Source: Minisyncoccia bacterium
GTDB taxonomy: Bacteria > Patescibacteriota > Minisyncoccia > Phycocordibacterales > UBA9973
Reading direction: 5' to 3'
NCBI GenBank assembly: GCA_049303835.1
Contig: JBAQNN010000003.1
Span: 114,820-178,819, forward strand
Length of the DNA stretch: 64,000 nucleotides
How positions within the stretch are numbered: position 1 is the first letter of the stretch; each line of letters begins with the position of its first letter. The notes beneath the pieces were generated by a model that saw nothing but the letters and a program-made list of their open reading frames with translations, did no database searches and had not been told where the DNA came from. Position numbers and translations under genes: made by a program. Of the stretch, positions 1 through 9,794 are shown piece by piece.

Positions 1-37
1 CCCTAGGGTGGTTTTTTGTGAAATAAAGATTATATCT

Positions 38-352
38 TTAGTACTCTCGGCGTCCTCCGCCATTGTATCCTCCTCTGTCGCCTCCACTTCGTGGTGGACG
101 AGCTTCCATAGGACGAGCTTCGTTGACAGTAAGTTTGCGTCCTTCAAATTCTTGATCGTTGAACATAGAGATAGCTTTAGCTGCCTCATCAGCAGATGAC
201 ATTTCTACGAATCCAAAACCTTTTGAACGACCGGACATTTTGTCCATGATAATCACAGCAGAAACAACGTTTCCAGCTTGTGCGAAGAGCTCTTTAAGAG
301 CGTCCTCTTGGGTGCTGTAAGGGAGTCCCCCTACATATAGCTTTGTAGCCAT
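38..352 (-). CDS. RNA-binding protein with RRM domain and Gly/Arg-rich C-terminal tail
   Basis: RNP-1 motif KGFGFVEM and RNP-2 LYVGGL; C-terminal RGG/GGYNGGG; TAA stop. Confidence 0.8.
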   Translation of the reverse strand: MATKLYVGGLPYSTQEDALKELFAQAGNVVSAVIIMDKMSGRSKGFGFVEMSSADEAAKAISMFNDQEFEGRKLTVNEARPMEARPPRSGGDRGGYNGGGRREY

Positions 353-496
353 ACTTTTTTACTTCTTCCTTTTTTACGAAAAAGGACAAAAAACTATTTA
401 ATAAAACGTAGAAACTCTATTTCGCTAAATGAGACCTACGTGTTAATTATAACATAACCATAATTAAAAGCAAAAAGTAATTTAAATTTAAAACAG

Positions 497-540
497 CCCG
501 GGCGAGTGCTTGGAAGCTACTCGACCCAGGCTGTGTGTCT
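497..540 (-). terminator. GC-rich hairpin (cgagt..actcg within gcccgggcgagtgcttggaagctactcgaccc), T-run on the minus strand; terminator of cassette A
   Basis: Inverted repeat directly downstream of the 557..808 minus-strand ORF, followed on that strand by ctgttttaaattt. Confidence 0.5.
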
Positions 541-556
541 GGCTGAGGTTCTATAC

Positions 557-808
557 TCAGCCGTGATGGTCGGAGATGATGTTGGTGACGAGCTTACGCG
601 CCCATGGAGTGGAGGTGATGTCCCTCCCACTCTCAACATCGAGAATCTTCTCGATGTGTTTGTTCCCGTTGATCTCAGCTCGGATGAACTTCTTGGTCTG
701 ATCCAGGTCGTTCCAGAAGAGGTTGATGTCTTCCTCCGAGGGTCTTTCCCCCACGAAAGAAATGACCTCACAACCGTTACCAAAGGTCTGAGCCCAAATT
801 ACTTCCAT
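557..808 (-). CDS. GC-rich cassette A: 83-aa hypothetical protein with no recognisable family
   Basis: ATG preceded by GGAGGT SD at 6-nt spacing; about 55% GC, unlike flanks; followed by a hairpin terminator; the overlapping plus-strand ORF has no SD. Confidence 0.55.
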   Translation of the reverse strand: MEVIWAQTFGNGCEVISFVGERPSEEDINLFWNDLDQTKKFIRAEINGNKHIEKILDVESGRDITSTPWARKLVTNIISDHHG

Positions 809-863
809 TTTCTACCTCCAAAAATACGTTAACACGAGTTAGCAATTCTGTCTAGATTTTATT

Positions 864-1847
864 TTATTCTTCCTCTTCATCCCCGACAGCACCAGATTCA
901 ATATCAGCAATGATTTCCCCTATTTCTCCTTCCATTATTTTGGGAAGATTATGCCATGATTTTTTTATACGGTGATCAGTTACTCTGTCTTGAGAATAAT
1001 TGTAAGTACGAATTTTTTCAGAACGATCACCGGAACCGATTTGCCCTTTACGAATACCGGCATGTTTGGCTGCTTCTTTCTCTTCTTCCAACTGCTGAAG
1101 TTTGGCAGTCAAAATCATCATTGCTTTCTCACGATTGGCGAGCTGGCTTCGTTCATTGGTAGAACGCACATCCAAACCTGTTGGCTTGTGAATAATCCTC
1201 ACAGCTGTTTCAACCTTGTTCACATTTTGTCCACCTTTCCCTCCTGAGCGGGAATATTCCATATCAAAATCCGCCGGATTTATTTGAAAAGTAACTTTTT
1301 TTCTGATTGGCAACACCGCCACAGAAGCGGTAGAGGTGTGCACTCGGCCATTTTTTTCGGTAGCTGGAATTCTTTGTACTCTATGCACCCCTGTCTCATA
1401 ACGCATCTTTTTAAAAACATCCTGTCCTTTTATTTCAAAACTTGCTTCTTTGTATCCATTCAAATCGCTTTTGGACTCATAATTTGTTTTCCATTGCCAA
1501 CCTTGTATCTCAGAGTATCTTTCATACATATGTGCTAGTTCCCAAGCAAAAAGCGAAGCTTCGTCTCCCCCGGCACCGGCGCGTACTTCTAGGACTATCT
1601 CATTTGGCGATTCATTTAGTTTGTCTTCCGCTTCTTTGTCTTTGTCTAAAATGTCTTGTACTTGTTTTTCTATTCTTTCTTTTTCTTCTTGAATAAATTT
1701 TAGTTCCTTCGCAGCCATCTCATGCAAGGTTTCATCACTATCCAACATCTCTCGTACTTCTGCTTCTTCACGTGCTAAACGCAAAAGTTCTCCAGCTAAA
1801 TAACTGGTATTGTGATTTTTCTTAAGTTCTTCAAGATCTAAACTCAT
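864..1847 (-). CDS. prfA: peptide chain release factor 1
   Basis: GGQ motif SGGKGGQNVNK; PxT-type tripeptide (RIPATE) rather than the SPF of RF2; full length 327 aa. Confidence 0.85.
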   Translation of the reverse strand: MSLDLEELKKNHNTSYLAGELLRLAREEAEVREMLDSDETLHEMAAKELKFIQEEKERIEKQVQDILDKDKEAEDKLNESPNEIVLEVRAGAGGDEASLFAWELAHMYERYSEIQGWQWKTNYESKSDLNGYKEASFEIKGQDVFKKMRYETGVHRVQRIPATEKNGRVHTSTASVAVLPIRKKVTFQINPADFDMEYSRSGGKGGQNVNKVETAVRIIHKPTGLDVRSTNERSQLANREKAMMILTAKLQQLEEEKEAAKHAGIRKGQIGSGDRSEKIRTYNYSQDRVTDHRIKKSWHNLPKIMEGEIGEIIADIESGAVGDEEEE

Positions 1848-1855
1848 AAAATTAA

Positions 1856-1939
1856 AAAGCTCCTTGCAATTTTACACTTCTGTGGGGCCCGCCCAGTATT
1901 CTGGGATGGGAGGAAGAATGTAAAATTGCAAGGAGCTTT
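1856..1939. repeat. perfect 21-bp inverted repeat (aaagctccttgcaattttaca / tgtaaaattgcaaggagcttt) around a 42-nt GC-rich spacer that itself contains a cccag/ctggg hairpin
   Basis: Read directly in the sequence between the rpmE stop and the prfA start; compound stem-loop. Confidence 0.7.
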
Positions 1940-1944
1940 GTTCC

Positions 1945-2163
1945 TTATTTCTTGGCTTTTCCTGTTGCAGCTGCTCTTTTCTTGAATCGTTCCACCCGTC
2001 CGGCAGTGTCCATAATCTTTTCATTACCAGTATAAAAAGGATGGCATTGACTGCAGATTTCCATTTTTATTTCAGGCATAGTGGAGCCAACTTCAAAAAT
2101 CGCCCCACAGGCGCAGGTCGCCTTTGTTTTTAAATCATATTTTGGGTGTATATCTTTTTTCAT
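1945..2163 (-). CDS. rpmE: 50S ribosomal protein L31
   Basis: [10 protein letters not shown]-terminus; CxxC...[10 protein letters not shown] zinc ribbon; 72 aa. Confidence 0.9.
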   Translation of the reverse strand: MKKDIHPKYDLKTKATCACGAIFEVGSTMPEIKMEICSQCHPFYTGNEKIMDTAGRVERFKKRAAATGKAKK

Positions 2164-2186
2164 TGCCTGATTAGGTTATCATGATT

Positions 2187-3566
2187 TTACTGAGAAAGCA
2201 AATCTATATTCGCCTGTATATTAGTTTTTAATTTCATTACACTATTACTATACGAACAAGTAGTCCCTCCTGTACCATAATATCTACAAGCTGCTTTATG
2301 TTGAGCACTTGCACTTACTCCTACCGCACCTAGATCCGTCAGATACATAGATGAAGCCATAAAAGCATCTTTGGGTGCCCAGGGATTTGCGTCATACCCG
2401 AGCAAACTCTTTAAGCGATTTTCAAATAATGTCCAAGTGGTAGGGATAAATTGGGCGGGCCCCATCGCTCCTCCGTAACCAGCCACTCCAACAATCGGGC
2501 AAGATACAGCTGTCTGATTCCAGGTCAGTCCTAGTTTTGAAGTTATTCTTAAAAAGTCTTCTACATCACCTTTTCTGCCCGGCATGCCCATCGGCTTCAT
2601 CACATTGGCAAAAGGAGTGCCGGTATTTTTACCAACTCCTGCTCCAGTAGTTTGGTTCGTCAAATAACATTGGCCCACATTTGAACCGAGATTACTTTCT
2701 TGGGTAAGTATGGCAAGGAGGAATGAGGGTTCAATACCTGTCAATTTCTGAGCTTCGTTCGCATAGACAAGTGCTGTGCCAAAATCAATTTTCGTAGATG
2801 TGCCGGCCAAAGGGAACAGCGCTGCCCTGATTCTGTCTGCTTTAGCTTTCTTCTCGGCAGCGAGCATCTGATAAGCGGCTTCGGTCTGCTGACTGATGGA
2901 CAAAAGTTTCTTTTTTTCTGCTTCCGATACGGCTACTTTTTGATGAGCACTCTCCAGTTCTGCCTTTGCGTCAGTCTCCGCGTCTTGTTTTTTCTCCAGA
3001 TCTTGTTTGGCAACTTCGGTCTCTACTTTTACTCCATTGATAATGTCTATAGAATCTTTTACCGCTTCTTTGATGGAATTGTAAGATTCCAAATCGCTAT
3101 AAAAACTTGAAATACTATCGTCAGACAAAATCAGGCCGACTATATTTTCGTTATCAAATTCATTGGTATTACGAAGAAGTTGAGACAGAGATTCGTGTTC
3201 CCTTTCTATCTTACTGGAAAGAGATTTTATCTTGCTTACCTTCTCGGCAATGTTCACTTTCAGCTGAGCGATAGCGAGAGCTCTTGCTTTGATTTTTGTT
3301 TTGAGTGCATTTATCTGGCTTGTTAGATAGTCCACATCTCCTTTGATCGTACCTGTTTGCTTTTGTTGTTCTTTTTGTTTTTGGAGAAGTTCTGCCAATT
3401 CGGCCTCTATTTGAGCAAGTTCATTTTTACAATAATCTTTGTCTTTTTCGCTGGAAGAAGTCGTAATCGTCAAACAGTTTATAGCCGCCCACGTTTTTAG
3501 AACTCCCGTATTTAAAAATACTATAGAAATTAAAACAAAAAAAGTTATGACCGTATTCCGTTTCAT
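2187..3566 (-). CDS. secreted coiled-coil protein with C-terminal lytic transglycosylase (MltB/SLT_2-like) domain
   Basis: N-terminal signal peptide; long charged coiled coil; LAILTQESNLG and AMGPAQFIPTTW motifs typical of lytic murein transglycosylases. Confidence 0.6.
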   Translation of the reverse strand: MKRNTVITFFVLISIVFLNTGVLKTWAAINCLTITTSSSEKDKDYCKNELAQIEAELAELLQKQKEQQKQTGTIKGDVDYLTSQINALKTKIKARALAIAQLKVNIAEKVSKIKSLSSKIEREHESLSQLLRNTNEFDNENIVGLILSDDSISSFYSDLESYNSIKEAVKDSIDIINGVKVETEVAKQDLEKKQDAETDAKAELESAHQKVAVSEAEKKKLLSISQQTEAAYQMLAAEKKAKADRIRAALFPLAGTSTKIDFGTALVYANEAQKLTGIEPSFLLAILTQESNLGSNVGQCYLTNQTTGAGVGKNTGTPFANVMKPMGMPGRKGDVEDFLRITSKLGLTWNQTAVSCPIVGVAGYGGAMGPAQFIPTTWTLFENRLKSLLGYDANPWAPKDAFMASSMYLTDLGAVGVSASAQHKAACRYYGTGGTTCSYSNSVMKLKTNIQANIDLLSQ

Positions 3567-3608
3567 AACCTTTATTGTAACATATTTAGTTAAAAATTTT
3601 AAACTATT

Positions 3609-4271
3609 TTATTCTTTAGCAGGTTCGCTTGCAGGGGCCTCTTCAGCACCTTCCTCATCTTTCTTGCCTTTCTTTTCCACTTCAATTGCAGACAAATCAA
3701 CAGGTACTACTACTTCTTCTTTTTCTTCAACTTGTTCAATGATAGAAGCTACGACATCAGAAGGATTGCTTACCAGTGTCACTCCCGAAGGAAGTTCTAC
3801 GTCATATACGAAAATCTGGTCTTTCAAAGTTTCTAACTTGGAGATATCAACAGAGAGGCTGTGTGGTAGATCGGCTGGCAATGCTTCTACTTCAAGTTCA
3901 TGAATGGATTTTACCAGGTTTCCTATTCCACTCTTCACAGCGTTGGACACACCATCAAATTCAAGCGGTACTTTGACAGTAATCTTCTTTTTCATATCTA
4001 TCGCTAAAAAGTCAACATGGATAGGCTCTTCCGTGATTGGGTCAACTTGCACTTCATGAATAAGCGCATCAATATTCCCTGCCGGAGTGGTAATTTTTAC
4101 AGCCGAAGATTCTCCTGCCTCTCTCCACACTTTTTTAAATTCTATGGTTTCCACAGAAATAGGAGTGGTTTCCTTGCCTGCTCCATAAAAAACAGCTGGA
4201 ATTTCCCCAGATTTTCGTAGAGCATCCACTTTGACACTCGCATCTCTTGTTTTAGCTTTTATTGCAAACAT
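3609..4271 (-). CDS. rplY: 50S ribosomal protein L25 / general stress protein Ctc
   Basis: N-terminal L25 domain (KAKTRDASVKVDALRKSGEIPAVFYG) plus Ctc-type C-terminal extension with acidic tail. Confidence 0.85.
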   Translation of the reverse strand: MFAIKAKTRDASVKVDALRKSGEIPAVFYGAGKETTPISVETIEFKKVWREAGESSAVKITTPAGNIDALIHEVQVDPITEEPIHVDFLAIDMKKKITVKVPLEFDGVSNAVKSGIGNLVKSIHELEVEALPADLPHSLSVDISKLETLKDQIFVYDVELPSGVTLVSNPSDVVASIIEQVEEKEEVVVPVDLSAIEVEKKGKKDEEGAEEAPASEPAKE

Positions 4272-4307
4272 AAGAATAGTATATATAAAAAAGATAAAAA
4301 AGCAAAT

Positions 4308-6071
4308 CTAAACTCTATGTACTGCCTTGTGTTCTACTGCAATATGAGAGGCTAAATATTCTTTTGTCCCACCTGAATCTTTTGTGGCAATCTTTTTGCC
4401 AGGATTAAAAATATTTTTGGGATCAAAAACTTCTTTCACTTTTTTAAAAATTTCCATCATCTTATCTCCATACATTTTTTCCAGATACGGAGTACGAATG
4501 AGGCCATCATTGTGTTCTGCAGTTATAGAACCATGGTATTTTACAACCAGGTCATACACCTTTTCTCCTAATTCTAATATTATTTTTGCCGTGTCTTTAC
4601 GCTTGAAATCCATCAGCGGAATGATATGGAAATTTCCATCCCCCGCATGTCCGGCCAAAGTAAACATCAAATCGTATTTATTTAAAATACTATTTAGTTC
4701 TGGAAGAAATTTAGGTAAAAATTCCGGACGGACGATGATGTCGTCTATAAAAGGGGCTGTGCGCATACCTTTCACATGTTTGCGCAACAGAGCAAAACTT
4801 TCTCTTCTAATATCCCAATACTTATTTGCTTCTATCTCGGACTCTGTAATATGTACCTTTAATTTAAAATTATTTATCTTTTCTGCCAATTTTATACATT
4901 TATCATCCACTATTTTTTCATTTTCTCCCGCAAATTCAGCCAAAATAATTAGTTTTGGTACCCCACCGGTAAGCATCAAAAACACTTCTGGCAAAAAACT
5001 CCACATAAATTTAACCATTCCGATAAATCCTTTATTTTTAAGAAAATCTGGAAAGAACTTCATCGCTAATTTCATCGTTTTATCATCATAAATTTCCAAA
5101 GTTTCTGGATTTTGGGTCAAAATTTCATCTACCAATCGGCCTAGAGGTCCTACATCGTTCATAAAAATCACCACCAGTTTGGAATGTTTATTTTCAGGAA
5201 TTAATTTTAAAGTCATCTCAGTGACAATACCCAAGGTCCCCTGCGAACCGACTAATAATTTATTTAAATCAAACACAGAGTAAGGAAGAAAATTTTTACG
5301 GCGGAAGGTTCCAGCCGAAGGCTGGAGTAATGCCGAGAAATTTTCTTCCTTACCCTGATCCATCACATTCCAAATATAGTATCCCGCAGAATTCTTGCTG
5401 ACTTTCGGCTTGGCTTGCATTATTTCTTCTTTATTTTCTTTTATTAATTCAAAAATATTTTTATAAACACTCCCCTCAAAATCATTTTGCTTTATTTTTT
5501 TATCCAACTCTTTTTGATTTAAAGGTTTTACTTCATATTCGTTGCCATCCTCCAAGACAACCTTCGCAGACAAGATATAATCTTCCATCTTCCCGTATTT
5601 CAAGGTTCTTTCTCCTGCCGAATTGTTGCCATACATTCCGCCAAGGGCATTGAGACTTTTAGACGCAGTATAACAAGGCAAGATAAGACCCTTCCCGAGA
5701 GCGATCTTTTCAAAATCCCGATAAAACATCCCGGGTTGTACTACAATTTCCCATTTTTGTTTATTTTCAATCGGTAGTGGCCCCCCGATTAATTTATTCA
5801 TATATCGGGTAAAATCCAAAATAATTGACTCTCCGATTGCCCCACCCGACATATCCGTACCCGCGCACCTGGCAGTAATGGCTACGTCAGGGTATTTTTC
5901 TTTACTCTCTTTTATCCACTTTACTAAATTCTTTATATCTTCCGAATCTTTTGGAAAAAGCACGATTTTCGGTCGTACTTCAAGCAGACTCGCATCATGC
6001 GAGTATTTTATGAGAGTATCTTCATCGTCCTCCACATCACCCCTAAAAAATTTTAAAATTTCTTCTTTCAA
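4308..6071 (-). CDS. FAD-binding oxidoreductase (FAD-linked oxidase, GlcD/D-lactate dehydrogenase family)
   Basis: PCMH-type FAD-binding domain near the N-terminus (ARCAGTDMSGGAIGESIILDF); C-terminal FAD-oxidase domain; 587 aa. Confidence 0.7.
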   Translation of the reverse strand: MKEEILKFFRGDVEDDEDTLIKYSHDASLLEVRPKIVLFPKDSEDIKNLVKWIKESKEKYPDVAITARCAGTDMSGGAIGESIILDFTRYMNKLIGGPLPIENKQKWEIVVQPGMFYRDFEKIALGKGLILPCYTASKSLNALGGMYGNNSAGERTLKYGKMEDYILSAKVVLEDGNEYEVKPLNQKELDKKIKQNDFEGSVYKNIFELIKENKEEIMQAKPKVSKNSAGYYIWNVMDQGKEENFSALLQPSAGTFRRKNFLPYSVFDLNKLLVGSQGTLGIVTEMTLKLIPENKHSKLVVIFMNDVGPLGRLVDEILTQNPETLEIYDDKTMKLAMKFFPDFLKNKGFIGMVKFMWSFLPEVFLMLTGGVPKLIILAEFAGENEKIVDDKCIKLAEKINNFKLKVHITESEIEANKYWDIRRESFALLRKHVKGMRTAPFIDDIIVRPEFLPKFLPELNSILNKYDLMFTLAGHAGDGNFHIIPLMDFKRKDTAKIILELGEKVYDLVVKYHGSITAEHNDGLIRTPYLEKMYGDKMMEIFKKVKEVFDPKNIFNPGKKIATKDSGGTKEYLASHIAVEHKAVHRV

Positions 6072-6083
6072 ATTTTTAAAAAA

Positions 6084-6950
6084 TTATTTTATTCCATTGA
6101 AAAGTTTTAATCGCTCTAGTACCACTTTCTCTATATCTTCTTTGGCTAGCTCCATAATTTTATACGGTACTACTTCGTCTTTATTTTCTAATATAGACTC
6201 TTTCAATCCTTCCATAAAAGCCACCCGAATTTCCGTATTGATATGCACCACGCTGATACCAGATGAGATGGCCTCTGTAAAATCCACCTCTCGCAATCCT
6301 GAACCTCCATGGAGCACCAAAGGCACACCTGTAGCTTCTTTTATTTTGGCAACAAGCCCGACATCAATATGCGGTTTACCACTTTTTATCAATCCATGGA
6401 TACTACCCACAGACGGCGCAAACATGTCTACCCCTGTTAACTCTACAAACTTTTTTGCTTCTTCCGGCTTAGTCAAAATCCCAGCGCCTTCGGGAATAGT
6501 GTCTTTAATATTTGAACCTTCACCGATATATCCGAGTTCCGCCTCTACCAAAACATCCCGGCCGGTAGTTTTTGTCACAGCCCGGGCGTATTCCACACAC
6601 TCTTTGGTAATTTTTACATTTTCTTCAAAACTTAATTTGGCTCCATCAAAAATCACAGAGTCAAACCCCGCATCTATGCATGCCTTCACTGAGTCAAAAC
6701 TATGATGGTGATCCGCATTTAAGAATATCGGATAGTCATCCCGTTCTCTTATGACATTAACGAGTGCAACTCCTTCTTCAAGTCCGACGAAGTTTTCTTC
6801 TCCCTCTGAAAGTCCGATAATTACCGGCACATTCAATTTCTTGGCAGCATTATAAATAGCGTGCAGTCCCTCCAAATTTGAAATATTAAAATGCCCAATG
6901 GCAACCTTTTTTTCTTCAGCCTCTTTGATGCATTCTCTTAAAGTCTTCAT
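6084..6950 (-). CDS. fba: class II fructose-bisphosphate aldolase
   Basis: HFNISNLEG near the N-terminus, LVLHGGSG motif, metal-binding His residues; 288 aa. Confidence 0.8.
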   Translation of the reverse strand: MKTLRECIKEAEEKKVAIGHFNISNLEGLHAIYNAAKKLNVPVIIGLSEGEENFVGLEEGVALVNVIRERDDYPIFLNADHHHSFDSVKACIDAGFDSVIFDGAKLSFEENVKITKECVEYARAVTKTTGRDVLVEAELGYIGEGSNIKDTIPEGAGILTKPEEAKKFVELTGVDMFAPSVGSIHGLIKSGKPHIDVGLVAKIKEATGVPLVLHGGSGLREVDFTEAISSGISVVHINTEIRVAFMEGLKESILENKDEVVPYKIMELAKEDIEKVVLERLKLFNGIK

Positions 6951-6954
6951 TATT

Positions 6955-8388
6955 TTATTTTAACATTTCTTTTAGTAATTTAGTAACAACTTGAGGATTC
7001 GCAGAACCATTTGATTCTTTAATAATTTTCCCAACCAAAGACATAATGGCATTTTCTTTTCCACTTTTATACACAGCCACCACTTCAGGATTTTCATTGA
7101 TTGCTTTTTCTACCAAAACTTTCACCGCTCCTTCATCATTTTTTTGCAACAAATTTTTCTCTGTGGCAATTTTTAATGGCGATTCATCATTTATGACTAT
7201 CATAGCCAAAATATCTTTTGCTACTCGGGAAGAAATACTACCATTATTTACCATTTCTATAAGTTCTAAATAATGATGCGGTTTTGGAATCTTAATATTT
7301 GAGTTTTTTTGTTTCAACCCTAAATAGTCAGATATTAAATAATTAGAAGCTGTCTTTATTTTGTCCTTATCTCCATTAAAACCCAAAACCATCTCCTCAA
7401 ACCACTGACCAAGATTTAAATCATTGATATAAACTTCAATATCTTCATCTTTTATATCAAAATCATTTTTATATCTCAGTCTTTTCGCTTGCGGTAATTC
7501 AGGCATTTCTTTTTTCATTTTTTCCAATGAAAACGCTTCATGCAGTTTCATTTTTGGTAGATCAGGGTCCGGGAAGTATCTATAGTCTGCACTTCCCTCT
7601 TTTTTTCTTTGAGAAAAAGTCTTCTGTTTAGATTCATCCCAACCCCGTGTCTCCTGCACTATTTCATCCCCTTTTCCGTTCTCCATCAGTTCTGTCATTC
7701 TGTCTATTTCATACTTGATAGCACGCTCTACACTTCTAAATGAATTCAAATTCTTCACTTCTACTTTTGTTCCCAATTTATTTTTATCTGCTGAAATTGA
7801 TATATTGGCTTCCACTCTCATCTCCCCTTTTTCCATATTTGCTTCAGACACTCCTAAATACCAAAGTGTCAATTGCAATTCTTTCGCAAATCTAGTCGCT
7901 TTTTTAGCTGTCTCTTCGGCAGTCTCAAATGTGTGCGGTTCGGTAACTAGCTCCATCAATGGCACACCGGCACGGTTGAAATCAATTAAAGAAAAATCAC
8001 CACGATCATGTTTATTATTTGCTGTATCTTCTTCTAGATGAATACGAGTGACGTCCATATCTGCTAGGTGTCCACCGGATACTATCGGATATTTATACTG
8101 AGAAATCTGATATCCTTTTGGAATATCCGGATAAAAATAATTTTTACGATCAAATTCCGAAAAGTCCGCAATCTGTCCGTCTATCGCCAAACCGACTTTA
8201 ATTACATTCTCAATAGCCTTTTTATTGGCGACAGGCAGTGTCCCCGGATGCGCCATACACACCGGGCAGACATTTACATTCGGTTTTTCCTCATCCGGGT
8301 CATTCTTACAACCACAAAACATTTTGGTTTGTGTTTTCAACTCTGCATGTATTTCCAAGCCCACTGTCGGATAATATTTATTTGCCAT
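6955..8388 (-). CDS. gatB: Asp-tRNA(Asn)/Glu-tRNA(Gln) amidotransferase subunit B
   Basis: MANKYYPTVGLEIHAEL N-terminus; CxxC motifs; C-terminal GatB/YqeY domain; 477 aa. Confidence 0.9.
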   Translation of the reverse strand: MANKYYPTVGLEIHAELKTQTKMFCGCKNDPDEEKPNVNVCPVCMAHPGTLPVANKKAIENVIKVGLAIDGQIADFSEFDRKNYFYPDIPKGYQISQYKYPIVSGGHLADMDVTRIHLEEDTANNKHDRGDFSLIDFNRAGVPLMELVTEPHTFETAEETAKKATRFAKELQLTLWYLGVSEANMEKGEMRVEANISISADKNKLGTKVEVKNLNSFRSVERAIKYEIDRMTELMENGKGDEIVQETRGWDESKQKTFSQRKKEGSADYRYFPDPDLPKMKLHEAFSLEKMKKEMPELPQAKRLRYKNDFDIKDEDIEVYINDLNLGQWFEEMVLGFNGDKDKIKTASNYLISDYLGLKQKNSNIKIPKPHHYLELIEMVNNGSISSRVAKDILAMIVINDESPLKIATEKNLLQKNDEGAVKVLVEKAINENPEVVAVYKSGKENAIMSLVGKIIKESNGSANPQVVTKLLKEMLK

Positions 8389-8425
8389 TATTTAACATAA
8401 TAGCATAAATTTTAATTTGTATTAA

Positions 8426-9763
8426 TTACATTCCAACTGCAAAAATATTTAAGGTTTTAAGAATTAAATCATCAGCATCAGAAGTATTTCCGATATACAC
8501 TTCAATATAATCATTTGTAGCTAACTCCACCATTAAGTGAAAAGCAAATGCTTGTGTGTCGCTCGCATTTGTAATTTTCTGAAGAACTTTACTAGAAGAT
8601 ATGACTGTCCCATTCTTTGCTAAACCAACCACAAAAGTATCATTTGCGCCATCTGGAGCAATACTCATAGTTATAGCAGTATGGAACATTTTTGTCGTTG
8701 CACCGGTATATCTCAACCTTCCATTATTTGCTCCACCGTTATCAAATTCAAATTCACCCATAGAAAGCGCTGTCGTCGGAGCTACTAATACCATATTTGT
8801 AGAACCATTTGATGAAGCTGCTATAGGAACTGCAGTTCCAGTGGTACTAAAATATGATAATTCACCCATCGGCACTATCAATCTTCCAGAAGGAGTCACA
8901 TCATTTGCAAACTTAAATGCCGGAGCGGAACCTGCTCCAGTGAAGGTCGTCATTCCCGTAGATGATAAAGTCGTATCCATGTAAGTAGTAGCAGTTCCAA
9001 AGGCATTATCATACGTAAGTCTCAAAGCATCTGTTGTTCCTAAGTTTATTTCTACTTTTTTGTTGGGTACCGTCGTTCCGATTCCAATATTTCCATCCGC
9101 GAATATAGCAGCATAATTGTTGGTAGCACCTGTAGCACTTGCATATATACCATAGTTAGCATCGGCAGTTCCAGAGGCATCAAACCTTCCCCCATAATGT
9201 CTGGTTAATCCAGTGGTTCCAATATCTCCCCCAGAGCTAGCCCTTATTCCATATACAAAAGCAATGTCCGAAGCATCTCCTACTGTGCCACTCCACCCTG
9301 CAGTGGCATTGACTCCCGATAGCATTAAACTATCATCTCCGGCCATAGAATTCAAAACACCTGAATAAGTAGCGTTTGCTTTTATACCATTAAGTGTATA
9401 AGATTCTGCGTTTCCATTACTTCCATAATTTCCCGAACTATTAAGGGTGCCGAGAAAAGCATTTTTTGTAAAAGTACCACCGAGAACTCCGCTATCTGTC
9501 AAGGTAACTTGGGAGGTGGTGAGCTCCAGATTTGCTGTACTGTTTGTTTGCTCTATATCAAGAACTGAATCGGGGGTGAGGTCACCGATACCGACCCTAC
9601 CTCCTGAAGTTTGTAACAATAAATTATTCCCTACACCTAGATCTATGGTAGAAGCGGTAGTGCCGGTAATGGCATCTGACGTAAACGTAAGAGACGCAAA
9701 AGCAGTAGTGCTAAAAGCTAACATTAAAACCAAAACTAGAACACCAAGTATTTTTTTGTTCAT
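8426..9763 (-). CDS. secreted Gly/Thr/Ser/Ala-rich repetitive protein (possible surface protein)
   Basis: Signal peptide MNKKILGVLVLVLMLAFSTTAFA; low-complexity G/T/S/A repeats; family not recognised. Confidence 0.5.
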   Translation of the reverse strand: MNKKILGVLVLVLMLAFSTTAFASLTFTSDAITGTTASTIDLGVGNNLLLQTSGGRVGIGDLTPDSVLDIEQTNSTANLELTTSQVTLTDSGVLGGTFTKNAFLGTLNSSGNYGSNGNAESYTLNGIKANATYSGVLNSMAGDDSLMLSGVNATAGWSGTVGDASDIAFVYGIRASSGGDIGTTGLTRHYGGRFDASGTADANYGIYASATGATNNYAAIFADGNIGIGTTVPNKKVEINLGTTDALRLTYDNAFGTATTYMDTTLSSTGMTTFTGAGSAPAFKFANDVTPSGRLIVPMGELSYFSTTGTAVPIAASSNGSTNMVLVAPTTALSMGEFEFDNGGANNGRLRYTGATTKMFHTAITMSIAPDGANDTFVVGLAKNGTVISSSKVLQKITNASDTQAFAFHLMVELATNDYIEVYIGNTSDADDLILKTLNIFAVGM

Positions 9764-9794
9764 AATCTTTTATATAACTTTTTACTAATAGTAA

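Noticed and set aside
506-832. Plus-strand 108-aa ORF antisense to the cassette A gene
   Set aside because: It has no SD or promoter. The minus-strand ORF has GGAGGT at ideal spacing and a downstream terminator. GC-rich DNA commonly yields spurious antisense ORFs.
4384-5091. 235-aa plus-strand ORF inside the FAD-oxidoreductase gene, and similar long antisense ORFs (5878..6705, 7715..8041, 28165..28476, 31738..32325)
   Set aside because: They are antisense to well-supported genes, with low-complexity Ser/Phe/Ile-rich translations typical of AT-rich antisense frames.
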